Notes under the pieces: generated by a model
Seen by the model: only the letters and a program-made list of their open reading frames with translations
Database searches by the model: none
Told to the model about the DNA's origin: nothing
From: Prolixibacteraceae bacterium
Lineage (GTDB): Bacteria; Bacteroidota; Bacteroidia; Bacteroidales; Prolixibacteraceae
Direction: 5' to 3'
Length of the DNA: 64,000 nucleotides
NCBI GenBank assembly: GCA_023228025.1
Contig: JALOCD010000004.1
Span: 3,860-67,859, forward strand
Part shown: positions 45,747 through 55,193 of the stretch, one piece after another
How the letters are laid out: every line of letters starts with the position of its first letter
How positions within the stretch are numbered: position 1 is the first letter of the stretch
Position numbers and translations under genes: made by a program

Positions 45747-46715
45747 ATGACAGGCAAAGATCTTCGTATCGTCTTTATGGGGACCCCCGATTTCGCGGTA
45801 GCCAGTCTGTCGGCGCTGTTGGAAAATGGTTATCAGGTGGTTGGTGTGGTAACCGCTCCGGACAAACCAGCCGGCAGGGGACAGAAAATTCAACAGTCAG
45901 CTGTTAAGGTGTTTGCAACGGCGAGGCAACTTCCTGTTTTGCAGCCGGAGAAGCTAAAAGACGAATCTTTCATCTCAGATCTTAAATCCCTTCGGGCCGA
46001 CCTTCAGATTGTTGTTGCCTTTCGCATGCTTCCCGAAGTGGTTTGGAAGATGCCTCCCATGGGAACTTTCAACCTGCACGGTTCACTTTTGCCAAGATAC
46101 CGTGGAGCCGCTCCCTTAAACTGGTCCATCATGAATGGAGATACCGAGAGTGGTGTAACCACTTTCCTCCTGAAGCAGGAGATCGACACCGGTAATATCC
46201 TTTTCTTTGAGAAAGTTAGTATCTCACCTGATCAAACAGTCGGGGAGCTGCACGATCAGTTGATGGAAACAGGGGCCAAATTGGTGCTGAAAACAGTTGA
46301 TGCCCTGGCGCAAGGCATAGCTGAACCTATTGCACAGGACAGGTTGGAAATCGATCCTGACCGGCTCCATGCCCCCAAGATATTCAAGGAAGATTGCCGG
46401 TTGAACTGGCAACTTGATGCACAGTTAAACCACAATAAAGTAAGGGGATTGAGCCCATATCCAACGGCATGGACAGATTTGTCGGCTCCCTCCAAAGAGC
46501 ATATTACACTCAAAATTTTCAGAACCTCCCTGGAGAAATGTGCCCATCAACAAACACCGGGGACCATCCTTTCCGATCAGAAGAAATATGCCAAAATTGC
46601 TTGTGCAAATGGCTATCTGTCAATTACAGACCTTCAGCTTGCCGGGAAAAAGAGAATGGGGATTGAAGAGTTTCTAAGGGGATTCCCGGGGATTCAGACT
46701 TTTAAAGCCATATAG
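45747..46715 (+). CDS. fmt: methionyl-tRNA formyltransferase
   Basis: Start trimmed to MTGKDLRIVFMGTPDFAV (ATG at 45747). HGSLLPRYRGAAPLNW is the Fmt signature. The 47 upstream codons read through repeat DNA. Confidence 0.93.
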   Translation: MTGKDLRIVFMGTPDFAVASLSALLENGYQVVGVVTAPDKPAGRGQKIQQSAVKVFATARQLPVLQPEKLKDESFISDLKSLRADLQIVVAFRMLPEVVWKMPPMGTFNLHGSLLPRYRGAAPLNWSIMNGDTESGVTTFLLKQEIDTGNILFFEKVSISPDQTVGELHDQLMETGAKLVLKTVDALAQGIAEPIAQDRLEIDPDRLHAPKIFKEDCRLNWQLDAQLNHNKVRGLSPYPTAWTDLSAPSKEHITLKIFRTSLEKCAHQQTPGTILSDQKKYAKIACANGYLSITDLQLAGKKRMGIEEFLRGFPGIQTFKAI

Positions 46716-46800
46716 AAAAACGACGGAGAGACGGAGGGACGGAGAGACGGAGGGACGGGGAGACTTGGAGACTGGGAGACTGGGAGACTTGGAGACACAC
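46714..46800. repeat. T-free purine-rich tandem words (gacggagagacggagg x2, gagactKg x4) starting at the fmt stop codon
   Basis: No T from 46714 to 46764, followed by four 8-mers gagacttg/gagactgg. Confidence 0.85.
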
Positions 46801-46841
46801 TGGTCCCTGAGCGAAGTTGAAAGGAAATGATTATCAAAGCA

Positions 46842-46865
46842 CCGGTCCCTGAGCCTGTCGAAGGG
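46842..46865. repeat. 24-nt element, right copy
   Basis: ccggtccctgagcctgtcgaaggg. A partial extra copy ggtccctgagcgaagttgaaagg lies at 46802-46824. Confidence 0.85.
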
Positions 46866-46882
46866 TCGAAGGGTTGAAGGGT

Positions 46883-47866
46883 CTATCGGATCCTCTTCCT
46901 CAGCGACAATGTAGTTCCAGGAGTCACCTCCTGTGGATCATCCAGCTTGTTCATTTTCCTTAGCGAGGATAGTTTCACACCGTACCACTGGGCAATCGAC
47001 CTCAGTGTCTCTCCCTGTTGAAGAACATGAAAATCGTTGCCTCTCGGAGCCTTTGATCTTTTGGCCTGCAGAAATACCGGTTCCCCGGCTTCGGGCACAT
47101 CGCCCGATTGCGCATCGTTGTATTTGTAAATCTGCCAGTCTTTCTTGCCAAACTCATCAGAGATACGTGCATAATCGTCTCCTTCAATGGCAATAAAGGC
47201 CCTTTTACCGTTTCTTCTTTCAATGGAACGAGGCAAGAAGCCGGAGACAACCCCCAGATTTTGGTCTGGCGATCTCTTTTTCAGGAAACCAAAGAGTGAA
47301 AAATTGGATCTCTTGCCCTCGGGAGCCTTGACATATTTCCAATCCAACTGATCCAAATCATACAACTTGAAATCCTCGATAATTTTAATCAGTTTAACCG
47401 GATATCCCGGATCTGTGGCATAACCAGCCTGTTTGAGTCCATAGGCCCATTTTTTGAAGTCCCGGATATCATAGGAAAAGAGAAAACTATATCGGATGCT
47501 TGAGGTAATAAATTCGGAGTGATCGCGAAAGGACTCCTCCGCTGATTTGTACTTTCTAAAACATTCGTTGGCCTCGTCGTCGTTGTGCCTGACGGTTGGG
47601 CCAGTCCAGGTGTTTCGACACTTAATGCCAAAATGGTTGTTGGATAACCTGGTCAATTCCGAGTTGCCGTCACGCGACTCGAGGCAGGCCTGCGCCATCG
47701 TTATACTCGCGGGAATGTGGTGTTCGATCATCTCCTGAACAGCGATCCTGGCATACTTGTCGATGTACGCTTGCCTGCTCAGTGTTTGGGGGGAAGCAGC
47801 CATAAGGTTTGTTGCACAAACCAACCAACTTATAACAATTGCAATCAGTCGACCTACTTTCCCCAT
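46883..47866 (-). CDS. peptidoglycan hydrolase: N-acetylglucosaminidase (FlgJ/Glucosaminidase) domain plus C-terminal LysM
   Basis: ITMAQACLESRDGNSELTRLSNNHFGIKC is the glucosaminidase domain. HVLQQGETLRSIAQWYGVKLSSLRKMNKL is LysM. A signal peptide is present. Confidence 0.8.
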   Translation of the reverse strand: MGKVGRLIAIVISWLVCATNLMAASPQTLSRQAYIDKYARIAVQEMIEHHIPASITMAQACLESRDGNSELTRLSNNHFGIKCRNTWTGPTVRHNDDEANECFRKYKSAEESFRDHSEFITSSIRYSFLFSYDIRDFKKWAYGLKQAGYATDPGYPVKLIKIIEDFKLYDLDQLDWKYVKAPEGKRSNFSLFGFLKKRSPDQNLGVVSGFLPRSIERRNGKRAFIAIEGDDYARISDEFGKKDWQIYKYNDAQSGDVPEAGEPVFLQAKRSKAPRGNDFHVLQQGETLRSIAQWYGVKLSSLRKMNKLDDPQEVTPGTTLSLRKRIR

Positions 47867-47987
47867 CAGCTTAAATTTGGATCAAAGTTAAAAAAATGAG
47901 GCAAAGATGGCCTAAATCATCCTAATCAAAAAAAGAATAATTAGGACATTATCAAGATTCGTATAATCGTTTGATATACCTACCTTG

Positions 47988-48023
47988 CCAATTGTCAACT
48001 CTCAATTGTCAATTGTCAATTAG
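47988..48023. repeat. 'caattgtcaat' word-repeat
   Basis: ccaattgtcaactctcaattgtcaattgtcaattag. Confidence 0.8.
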
Positions 48024-48038
48024 TTAAAGGAATATGCT

Positions 48039-48046
48039 TATTTTTG
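48039..48046 (+). promoter_or_regulatory. Bacteroidota -7 box (TAnnTTTG) for cdd
   Basis: TATTTTTG, 13 nt upstream of the ATG at 48059. This argues against the TTG start at 48044. Confidence 0.45.
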
Positions 48047-48058
48047 AGAGGAACAAAA

Positions 48059-48553
48059 ATGATGGGCATGAAGGAGATACAATTGGATTTCAAAATTAAA
48101 ATATACGAATCGCTTGATGAATTGCCTTTGAGCTCGCAGAATTTAATTCTTAAGGCCAGGGAAGGCGCTCAAAGTGCTTACGCACCCTACTCCGGCTATC
48201 GTGTCGGGGCAGCCGTGCTACTCGCCAATGGAGAGGTGGTGACAGGCAACAATCAGGAAAATGCGGCATATCCCTCCGGGCTGTGTGCGGAGAGAACTGC
48301 AATGTTTTATGCCTCCTCAAGGTTCCCGGGAGTGGCATTTGACGCTATTGCCATTTCAACGGTTTCCAATTCGTCACAATCGGGCGATTTTGCCAAGCCT
48401 TGTGGCAGTTGCCGTCAGGTAATGGCTGAATATGAGGATTTGCATGGCATTCCAATCGAAATCATTCTTGACGGGAGTTCAGCCATCACGGTAGTGAATG
48501 GAATCGACACGCTGCTTCCGTTTCGGTTCAAGAAAGAAGACTTGGGAAAGTGA
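48059..48553 (+). CDS. cdd: cytidine deaminase
   Basis: CAERTAMF (zinc/catalytic Glu) and PCGSCRQVMAEY motifs. The start is one of three clustered ATGs at 48059-48068. Confidence 0.85.
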   Translation: MMGMKEIQLDFKIKIYESLDELPLSSQNLILKAREGAQSAYAPYSGYRVGAAVLLANGEVVTGNNQENAAYPSGLCAERTAMFYASSRFPGVAFDAIAISTVSNSSQSGDFAKPCGSCRQVMAEYEDLHGIPIEIILDGSSAITVVNGIDTLLPFRFKKEDLGK

Positions 48554-48560
48554 AGAAATT

Positions 48561-48619
48561 GAAACGGAGAAACGGGGAAACGGGGAAGTATTATCTCCGT
48601 TTCCCAGATTCTCCGTTTC
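48561..48619 (+). terminator. cdd terminator built from T-free 'gaaacgg(g)g' words and their complements
   Basis: GAAACGGAGAAACGGGGAAACGGGGAAG-tattat-CTCCGTTTCccagattCTCCGTTTC-tttgtt. It begins 8 nt after the stop. Confidence 0.55.
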
Positions 48620-48689
48620 TTTGTTATGCCTCACAAAAAAGCCCCGAATCCAAATGAATTCAAGGCCTTTCCCCTAATAATTGTAGTAA

Positions 48690-49073
48690 TTAGCGAGGGC
48701 CACCGCCGCCTTGCATCCGTTGGCGCATTTCGGCCTGGGCTTCCTGAAATTTTGTGAATTGTTCTGCTGTTAAAACTGTCTTTAATTCAGCATCCCTTTT
48801 TTCATTCATGGCTTTCATTGGTTCGCGACGTGCTTCACGATCAGTATATTTTTCACGAAGCGCTGCGCTCTCTTTAGCATATTTCAAGCTAATAGCCGCG
48901 ACTTTAGCAGTAGTGGCAGCATCAATTCCAGTAGCTTTAACGATCATCTCAGTCTGACGCTTGGCCATATCTTCAGGAGTCCAGTTAGGACGTCCACCTT
49001 GAGGTCCTTGACCACAAGCGGTAAAAACCATCATCCAAAGGATTGATGATACCAAAAGAATTTTTTTTGTCAT
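48690..49073 (-). CDS. periplasmic Spy/CpxP-like small protein (DUF4890-like)
   Basis: 127 aa. Lipobox FTAC, helical, ..LTAEQFTKFQEAQ.., Gly-rich ends. Confidence 0.5.
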   Translation of the reverse strand: MTKKILLVSSILWMMVFTACGQGPQGGRPNWTPEDMAKRQTEMIVKATGIDAATTAKVAAISLKYAKESAALREKYTDREARREPMKAMNEKRDAELKTVLTAEQFTKFQEAQAEMRQRMQGGGGPR

Positions 49074-49135
49074 AATTTAAATTTTTTAGATGTGACCGTT
49101 TGACTCCATTGTGACAATTTGGTTTAACCGGAAGC

Positions 49136-49293
49136 AATTACAAATTACGAATTACAAATTACGAATTACCCAAAGCACTAATCATCTGTGCTTTACAACT
49201 ATCTCCGTAGAATAAAAAATCTTCATACAATTTAATAAATGGAAATGCTGATTAAAACGCAATTTTTAATTTGTAATTTGTAATTTGTAATGG
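49136..49293. repeat. 'attacaaattacgaatt' word arms in inverted orientation flanking a small hairpin
   Basis: Left arm aattacaaattacgaattacaaattacgaattaccc (49136-49171). Right arm aatttgtaatttgtaatttgtaatgg (49268-49293). Inner hairpin AAAGCAC-9 nt-GTGCTTT at 49172-49195. Confidence 0.75.
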
Positions 49294-49304
49294 CCTACAG
49301 TTGT

Positions 49305-49312
49305 TATTTTTG
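49305..49312 (+). promoter_or_regulatory. Bacteroidota -7 box (TAnnTTTG) for recR
   Basis: TATTTTTG, 19 nt upstream of the ATG at 49331. Confidence 0.45.
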
Positions 49313-49330
49313 AGAAGATTATTCAATGAC

Positions 49331-49954
49331 ATGAGCATCGACCACTTTCCATCAAAATTACTCGAGAACGCTGTAAATGAGTTTGCAAAGTTACCCGGGA
49401 TCGGAAAAAAAACAGCCTTGCGGCTAGTACTGCACCTCCTCAAAAAAGAGCCAGACGAAGTGCACCGCTTTAGTGATGCCATGACCCATCTCAGGGATGA
49501 AGTGAAGCATTGCCGGCAATGTCACAACATTTCGGATGCAGAGGTGTGCAATATCTGCGGCAGCAATTCAAGGGACAGTGGTGTCGTTTGTGTGGTAGAG
49601 AACATCAGGGATGTGATGTCGATCGAAAACACGCAGCAATACAGGGGTGTTTACCATGTACTGGGTGGCATTATCTCACCCATGGACGGTATTGGTCCAT
49701 CGGACCTCGAAATTGACTCCCTGCTCAAGAGGGTTGAAGAAGGTGGAATCCGCGAGATAATTTTCGCGCTAAGCACCACTATGGAGGGAGACAGCACTAA
49801 TTTCTATCTTTTTAAGAAACTAAAAAACAGCACCATACGCATTACCACCCTGGCTCGCGGAGTCTCTGTTGGGGATGAACTGGAATTTACCGATGAAGTT
49901 ACACTCGGACGTTCGATCGTTAACCGGCTTTTGTATGAACAAATAATCTCCTGA
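49331..49954 (+). CDS. recR: recombination protein RecR
   Basis: Start trimmed to [32 protein letters not shown] (HhH). C4 zinc finger [16 protein letters not shown]. Toprim domain VCVVENIRD. Confidence 0.93.
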   Translation: MSIDHFPSKLLENAVNEFAKLPGIGKKTALRLVLHLLKKEPDEVHRFSDAMTHLRDEVKHCRQCHNISDAEVCNICGSNSRDSGVVCVVENIRDVMSIENTQQYRGVYHVLGGIISPMDGIGPSDLEIDSLLKRVEEGGIREIIFALSTTMEGDSTNFYLFKKLKNSTIRITTLARGVSVGDELEFTDEVTLGRSIVNRLLYEQIIS

Positions 49955-49964
49955 TAATTATTGC

Positions 49965-50495
49965 ATGAAGCTATTTCTGAAAGATGATCTGATCACCCTA
50001 AGGGCACTGGAGCCCGAGGATATTGATTTGCTGTACGAATGGGAAAACTGCGAAGATAATTGGACTGTAAGCCAGACCATTGCACCAATATCAAAGCATA
50101 CCCTGGCAATTTACATCAGGGAATCTGACAAAGACATTTTCGAAACCAAACAGCTAAGGATGATGATAACGACCTGTGCCGGTAAGAATGTCGGGGCAAT
50201 CGATCTGTTTGATTTTGATCCGCTGAATATGCGTGCAGGGGTTGGCATTTTGGTCCACGATCCGGCGGACAGGTCGAAAAGTTATGCAACATCGGCCCTG
50301 AATCTGATCATTCGTTATTGTTTTGAGAAGCTCGGACTTCACCAGATTTATGCTAATATTTTGACCGACAATGACAAAAGTATGAAGTTATTCTCCAAAG
50401 CCGGATTTGTATTGAGTGGAACGAAAAAAGAGTGGATTAGGGATGGGGAAAAATGGAAGGATGAACATTTGGTTCAGCTGTTGAGAAGGAATTAG
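49965..50495 (+). CDS. GNAT family N-acetyltransferase (RimJ/RimL-like)
   Basis: 176 aa. LR.LEPEDIDLLYEWEN.. and the ..YATSALNLIIRYCFEKLGLHQIYANI. core. Confidence 0.8.
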   Translation: MKLFLKDDLITLRALEPEDIDLLYEWENCEDNWTVSQTIAPISKHTLAIYIRESDKDIFETKQLRMMITTCAGKNVGAIDLFDFDPLNMRAGVGILVHDPADRSKSYATSALNLIIRYCFEKLGLHQIYANILTDNDKSMKLFSKAGFVLSGTKKEWIRDGEKWKDEHLVQLLRRN

Positions 50496-50508
50496 CCTTT
50501 ATCCAGTC

Positions 50509-50643
50509 TTTCATTGCCGTCTGCTTTAGCTGACGGATAAAATGGTTTCGCGAAAAAGGGCTTTAGCCCAACTCAATGAATTTGGCTAAAGCCTGTTCTC
50601 ATCTATGATCATGGCCCGTCAGCTAAAGCAGACGGCAATGAAA
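50509..50643. repeat. 135-nt palindromic element between convergent genes
   Basis: The 28-nt arm tttcattgccgtctgctttagctgacgg (50509-50536) pairs with ccgtcagctaaagcagacggcaatgaaa (50616-50643). Inner mini-hairpins gggctttagccc and ggctaaagcc. Confidence 0.8.
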
Positions 50644-50668
50644 TAAAAAATTTCGGACCTTACTGCGT

Positions 50669-51148
50669 TCATGAATCCTTCTCATTTTCATCTTTCATAA
50701 ACAGCGCATTATACTCCGGGATCTCCTGAAGAAATTCGTAGGTCAGATTGGTTTTATCAATCTTGCAGCAGAAATGGGACAGCCCATTGGTAACAATCAA
50801 AAAATCGACCTGAAACTGAAAGTTGTACCTCACAATTTGGTCGAAAACTTTTTGCGTAACCTTCACTTCTGGTGCCTTGCACTCAACAATTAAAAGCGGC
50901 TTTCCGGAGGATGAAAATACGACTGCATCCGCACGAAAATCTTGCCGGTTAATCTGCAGGGAATGTTCTATTGCCATCAAAGTGGCAGGATAATGCTTCT
51001 CTTCCACAAGATAACGAACAAAATGCTGTCGCACCCATTCCTCCGGATTCAACTTAACCCATCTACGACGATAGACATCGAATATCAATGATTTACCCTC
51101 CTTTTGGGTGGTTTTGAATTCGTAGAAAGGAAGATTAAGTTGGGTCAT
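50669..51148 (-). CDS. stand-alone HsdR N-terminal (PD-(D/E)xK-like) domain protein
   Basis: 159 aa. WVRQHFVRYLVEEKHYP......E......R.DAVVF...GKPLLIVECK is the HSDR_N_2-type fold signature. Confidence 0.6.
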   Translation of the reverse strand: MTQLNLPFYEFKTTQKEGKSLIFDVYRRRWVKLNPEEWVRQHFVRYLVEEKHYPATLMAIEHSLQINRQDFRADAVVFSSSGKPLLIVECKAPEVKVTQKVFDQIVRYNFQFQVDFLIVTNGLSHFCCKIDKTNLTYEFLQEIPEYNALFMKDENEKDS

Positions 51149-51219
51149 ACGATAGAATCACGAAAGAATAGAATATTTAGGGTTAAATCTAAATTTTTAT
51201 TTCCAATTCAGCGAACTTA

Positions 51220-52026
51220 ATGCAAAAAGCAGGTAATTTTGTAGAAAAGCAACAGATGAAGACGAAAGAAGAAATTGTTCAGAATTGGTTACCACGATAT
51301 ACGGGAAGGGCACTCGATCAATTTACCAAACACATTCTGCTAACAAATTTTCAGGGCTATATTGAAAATTTTGCCGAGAAATTTGGCGTACCTATTGTTG
51401 GCGAGGATAAATCCATGCCCAATGCCAGCGCCAATGGCATCACCATCATAAACTTTGGAATGGGTAGTCCAAATGCCGCCACGATCATGGACCTGCTTAG
51501 CGCTGTAATGCCTGACGCCGTGCTCTTTTTGGGCAAATGCGGTGGATTGAAGCGCAAGAGCGAGCTGGGCAATTTGATCCTGCCTATTGCTGCCATCCGA
51601 AGTGATGGTACCTCCAACGATTATCTGCCACCAGAAGTACCCGCTTTACCGGCTTTCAGCCTGCAACGTGCAGTCTCATCCACCATCCGCGACCTTGGAC
51701 TCGATTACTGGACCGGCACGGTCTTTACCACCAACAAAAGGGTTTGGGAGTATGATGAGCGGTTCAAAAAATACCTGATCAAAACGCGTGCCATGGCGAT
51801 CGATATGGAGACTGCGACCATCTTCACGGTAGGTTTTTGCAATTCAATTCCATGCGGGGCATTATTGTTGGTTTCTGATCAGCCCATGATTTCGACCGGT
51901 GTAAAAACCCAGGAGAGCGACAAAGAGGTCACCCGTTTGTTTGTGAACACCCATCTGGAAGTTGGGATTAGCGCGCTGATGGAGATCATCAACGACGGAA
52001 GATCAGTCAAACACTTGAAATTCTGA
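51220..52026 (+). CDS. AMP nucleosidase-like nucleoside phosphorylase (PNP_UDP_1 fold)
   Basis: GMGSPNAATIMDLL, FLGKCGGL, MAIDMETATIF. The true start is probably MKTKEEIVQNW at 51256. Confidence 0.7.
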   Translation: MQKAGNFVEKQQMKTKEEIVQNWLPRYTGRALDQFTKHILLTNFQGYIENFAEKFGVPIVGEDKSMPNASANGITIINFGMGSPNAATIMDLLSAVMPDAVLFLGKCGGLKRKSELGNLILPIAAIRSDGTSNDYLPPEVPALPAFSLQRAVSSTIRDLGLDYWTGTVFTTNKRVWEYDERFKKYLIKTRAMAIDMETATIFTVGFCNSIPCGALLLVSDQPMISTGVKTQESDKEVTRLFVNTHLEVGISALMEIINDGRSVKHLKF

Positions 52027-52030
52027 TTGC

Positions 52031-53035
52031 ATGGATTTCCACAACATTCTCACTGACCTAAAAAACAAAAATTACGGTACCGTCTATTTTTTGGAGGGGG
52101 AAGAACCCTATTACATCGATCTGATCAGCGATTATATCCTCGAAAATGTATTGTCGGAGAGCGAGAAGGCCTTCAACCAAACGCTGCTTTATGGTAAGGA
52201 TATTACCCTGGATCATATTTTGACTGCAGCCCGCCGTTATCCCATGATGGCCGACCGCCAGGTTGTGGTTGTGAGGGAAGCCCAGAATATCAAAGAGATT
52301 GAAGAACTCGCTTCCTATATTGAAAGACCGGCCCCTTCTACCTTATTGGTATTGTGTTACAAATACAAAACCATCGACAGACGCAAAAAGTTGTTCAAAA
52401 CAATCAACAAACATGGCGTTTACATGGAATCTCAAGCCGTCAAGGAGTATAAGATTCCCGACTGGATCATCACTTACCTCAAAACAAAACAGCTCGGCAT
52501 TGAATACAAAGCCGTGCAGATGATTACCGACCACATCGGAAATAACCTGCAAAGAATTGTCAATGAGCTGGATAAAATTATTTTTTCGGCCGTACCCGGA
52601 ACCAGCATCACGGTTGATGATGTGGAAAAAAACGTTGGCATCAGCAAAGAGTACAATGCATTTGAATTTCAGAAGGCGCTTGGTCACCGGGACATTTACA
52701 ATGCCAACCGAATTGTCAACTATTTTATCGAAAACCAGAAATCCAACTCCATTCAGATGATTGTGTCGATTCTGGTTACCTATTTTAGAAAGATTTTAAC
52801 CTATCATACGCTACCGAACAAGAATGATGAAAGCGAAGTAGCTCAAAAATTGGGTGTCAGCCCGTTTTTTGTCAGGGACTATCTTATCGCCGGGAGAAAC
52901 TATCCACTTCAAAAAGCCGTATTGGTATTATCGCTGTTAAGGGAATACGATCTCCGATCGAAAGGCGCCCGTGGTGGTACGACGGAAACCGGAGAGCTTA
53001 TGCGCGAATTAACTTACAAAATTTTACATCTCTGA
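52031..53035 (+). CDS. holA: DNA polymerase III subunit delta
   Basis: 334 aa. The N-terminus ..YFLEGEEPYYIDLISDYI and overall length fit HolA. Confidence 0.8.
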   Translation: MDFHNILTDLKNKNYGTVYFLEGEEPYYIDLISDYILENVLSESEKAFNQTLLYGKDITLDHILTAARRYPMMADRQVVVVREAQNIKEIEELASYIERPAPSTLLVLCYKYKTIDRRKKLFKTINKHGVYMESQAVKEYKIPDWIITYLKTKQLGIEYKAVQMITDHIGNNLQRIVNELDKIIFSAVPGTSITVDDVEKNVGISKEYNAFEFQKALGHRDIYNANRIVNYFIENQKSNSIQMIVSILVTYFRKILTYHTLPNKNDESEVAQKLGVSPFFVRDYLIAGRNYPLQKAVLVLSLLREYDLRSKGARGGTTETGELMRELTYKILHL

Positions 53036-53038
53036 ACC

Positions 53039-53665
53039 ATGGCATCTGTCACCCTCATGTTGGTCATCATTATATCACTGACATCCTTTTTGGCTTTTTC
53101 CAACAAGGATGTCATGAAACAGTTTCAGTTCAATGCCTTTCAGATTTATCACAAAAAGCAATATTACAGGATGTTAACTCACGCCCTAGTGCATGCAAAC
53201 TGGGAACATCTGTTGGTGAACATGATTGTGCTATGGTCTTTCGGGGCGGTTGTGGAACATTATTTCGAACTCTTCTTCGGAGGCAATTCTACCTACTATT
53301 ATCTCGCCATGTTTGTTGTATCCGTGGTGTTTTCAAGTTCATGGTCCCTGATACAACAACGGAATAATGTTTATTACAATGCGGTAGGCGCCTCGGGAGC
53401 CGTTTCTGCCGTACTTTTTGCAGCCATATTTTTCAATCCCTGGGAGCCCATCTATTTTTTCGGGGTACTTCCCATGCCGGGAATCATCTTCGGTTTGCTC
53501 TATCTCTATTACTCCTTCTACATGAGCCGAAAAAAGATGGATAACATAGGTCATGACGCCCACTTTCTGGGTGCGGTCATCGGGTTTTGCACTCCAATGA
53601 TTATTCGTCCTTCGCTATTTATGGACTTTGTCACCATGTTGTTTTCACCGTCGGGCCATTTATAA
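53039..53665 (+). CDS. rhomboid-family intramembrane serine protease
   Basis: 208 aa, 6 TM. HANWEHLLVNM, catalytic GASGAVSAVLFA, downstream His. Confidence 0.8.
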   Translation: MASVTLMLVIIISLTSFLAFSNKDVMKQFQFNAFQIYHKKQYYRMLTHALVHANWEHLLVNMIVLWSFGAVVEHYFELFFGGNSTYYYLAMFVVSVVFSSSWSLIQQRNNVYYNAVGASGAVSAVLFAAIFFNPWEPIYFFGVLPMPGIIFGLLYLYYSFYMSRKKMDNIGHDAHFLGAVIGFCTPMIIRPSLFMDFVTMLFSPSGHL

Positions 53666-53669
53666 ACAG

Positions 53670-54524
53670 ATGAAAGGAGGCTACTTTTTAATGAATGGTC
53701 GGTTTCACAAGGAATCTGATGCAGTTTTCACAGTTGCGGATATAGCCAGGCGGGCAGAAGGTTTTTGTGAGTCTTTCAGGGCCGAACACAATGAAATTAT
53801 TTTTGCGGAATCGATCAGCAATCATCTTCTTGATACTGCTGCCACCATTGGCGCCGATCTTACCGGATTGATCGATTCGGATGGAAGATTCCTGCGCAGG
53901 GAGGTATCGCGTTTGCTGAATAAAAACAAGCTCTATCTCGCGGCAAAAATTGAGATCCAGATATTTCCTGCCGATTCAATAGTCAATATGCTTCTGCATG
54001 TTGAAGAGATACCGAGAGGGTACTACCCACTGTCAGAATCAGGTTTATTGCTATCGATTTTCAGGGACCAGTTTCAGGAAATTCATTCAAATTCAGGCTA
54101 TGCCACATCAGGTTTTTTCGTCAGGAATTGCGCAAGCCGTAAGGCCAAAGAGTTGAACCAGCCGAACATTATATTGCTCAACAGGGAGGGTCATGTTTGT
54201 GAAACACTGGATGGATCGTTTGCCATGCTCAATCAGGATCAAGTTATTTTTACCTCCGAGCTGGAAGGAGGATACAACTGTGCCATCAGAAGGCATGTCA
54301 TTCAAAGTGCAAAAGATGCCGGCTTTATCACGGTAGTGAAAGAACGAATATCGCCGGATGAGTTGCTGCAGGCAGAGGAGCTATTTCTTTACGATGCATG
54401 TTACGGCATTCAGAAAGTACTGGGACTGGAAGACCGGCGCTACTTCAGCACAAAGACGAAATTGATTGCAGAGAAGCTTTCGACGCTGGCTCAAAAGGAC
54501 CGGGAGGAAAGAATTACAAATTAA
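53670..54524 (+). CDS. aminotransferase class IV-fold protein (ADC lyase / BCAT-like)
   Basis: Start trimmed to MKGGYFLMNGRF. The C-terminal pattern ..G.V.E....SFAM.....V.FTS...G....I.R..V...A...G......E..I....L..AEELFL.....GI..V fits fold-type IV PLP enzymes. Confidence 0.55.
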   Translation: MKGGYFLMNGRFHKESDAVFTVADIARRAEGFCESFRAEHNEIIFAESISNHLLDTAATIGADLTGLIDSDGRFLRREVSRLLNKNKLYLAAKIEIQIFPADSIVNMLLHVEEIPRGYYPLSESGLLLSIFRDQFQEIHSNSGYATSGFFVRNCASRKAKELNQPNIILLNREGHVCETLDGSFAMLNQDQVIFTSELEGGYNCAIRRHVIQSAKDAGFITVVKERISPDELLQAEELFLYDACYGIQKVLGLEDRRYFSTKTKLIAEKLSTLAQKDREERITN

Positions 54525-54604
54525 AGATTAAAGATTACAAATTACAGATTAAAAATGAGGGAATGCTACCTCAATTTGTAATCTGTAATTTTTAATTTTT
54601 AATT
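54512..54604. repeat. 'attacaaatt / aatttgtaat' word hairpin overlapping two convergent stop codons
   Basis: aattacaaattaaagattaaagattacaaattacagattaaaaatgaggg-aatgcta-cctcaatttgtaatctgtaatttttaatttttaatt. Same word family as 49136-49293. Confidence 0.75.
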
Positions 54605-55183
54605 CAATTCAGGGTTTTCCGGGAAATTCTGCCAAAGCAAAGCATTGCCGCCAATCGACTGGACACTGTCGTTCCAGAAATTTTCGTCGCTCGACAGGAT
54701 GGTTTCGATGGTCGGTTCAATGACAACCCATGAATGATCAGCAATTTCGGCTGCAAGCTGACCGGCGCTCCATCCGGCATACCCAAGGAAGAAACGCACC
54801 TCTTCCTCTTCGACCAAACCAGCGCTGATCAGGGACGTTAAATGATCAAAATTGCCACTCCAGAAAAGGTCCCCGCTCACTTGCAAGCTATCCGGAATTT
54901 TGTCACCCAGGGTGTGAAGGAAAAAAAGTTTATCATTGCTGACGGGTCCGCCGAGAAAGGCATTGGCATCAAAATCCGGAAATCCTTTGAAAAGATCCTT
55001 GACCAGGAGATCAGTGGGTTTATTTAGGATGAAACCGACATCCCCCTCTTCAGAACACTGGACAAGCAAAACTGTGGAGCGGCTGAAATAGTCGCCCGGC
55101 AGAAATGGTTCCGCAATGAGTACCCTACCCTGCCTGGGCTTTAGCTTGCTCTCAATTTTAAATATGTCCAGATCCAGCAACAT
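54599..55183 (-). CDS. YqgE/AlgH-family protein (UPF0301)
   Basis: 194 aa. G.VLIAEPFL.D..F.RSVVLL..........GFILNKP pattern. Confidence 0.85.
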   Translation of the reverse strand: MLLDLDIFKIESKLKPRQGRVLIAEPFLPGDYFSRSTVLLVQCSEEGDVGFILNKPTDLLVKDLFKGFPDFDANAFLGGPVSNDKLFFLHTLGDKIPDSLQVSGDLFWSGNFDHLTSLISAGLVEEEEVRFFLGYAGWSAGQLAAEIADHSWVVIEPTIETILSSDENFWNDSVQSIGGNALLWQNFPENPELN

Positions 55184-55193
55184 ATGATTTCAA

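Noticed and set aside
46716-46764. G-quadruplex formation in the gacggagagacggagggacgggg block.
   Set aside because: Only two or three G-runs of three or more are present. That is too few for a canonical four-tract G4.
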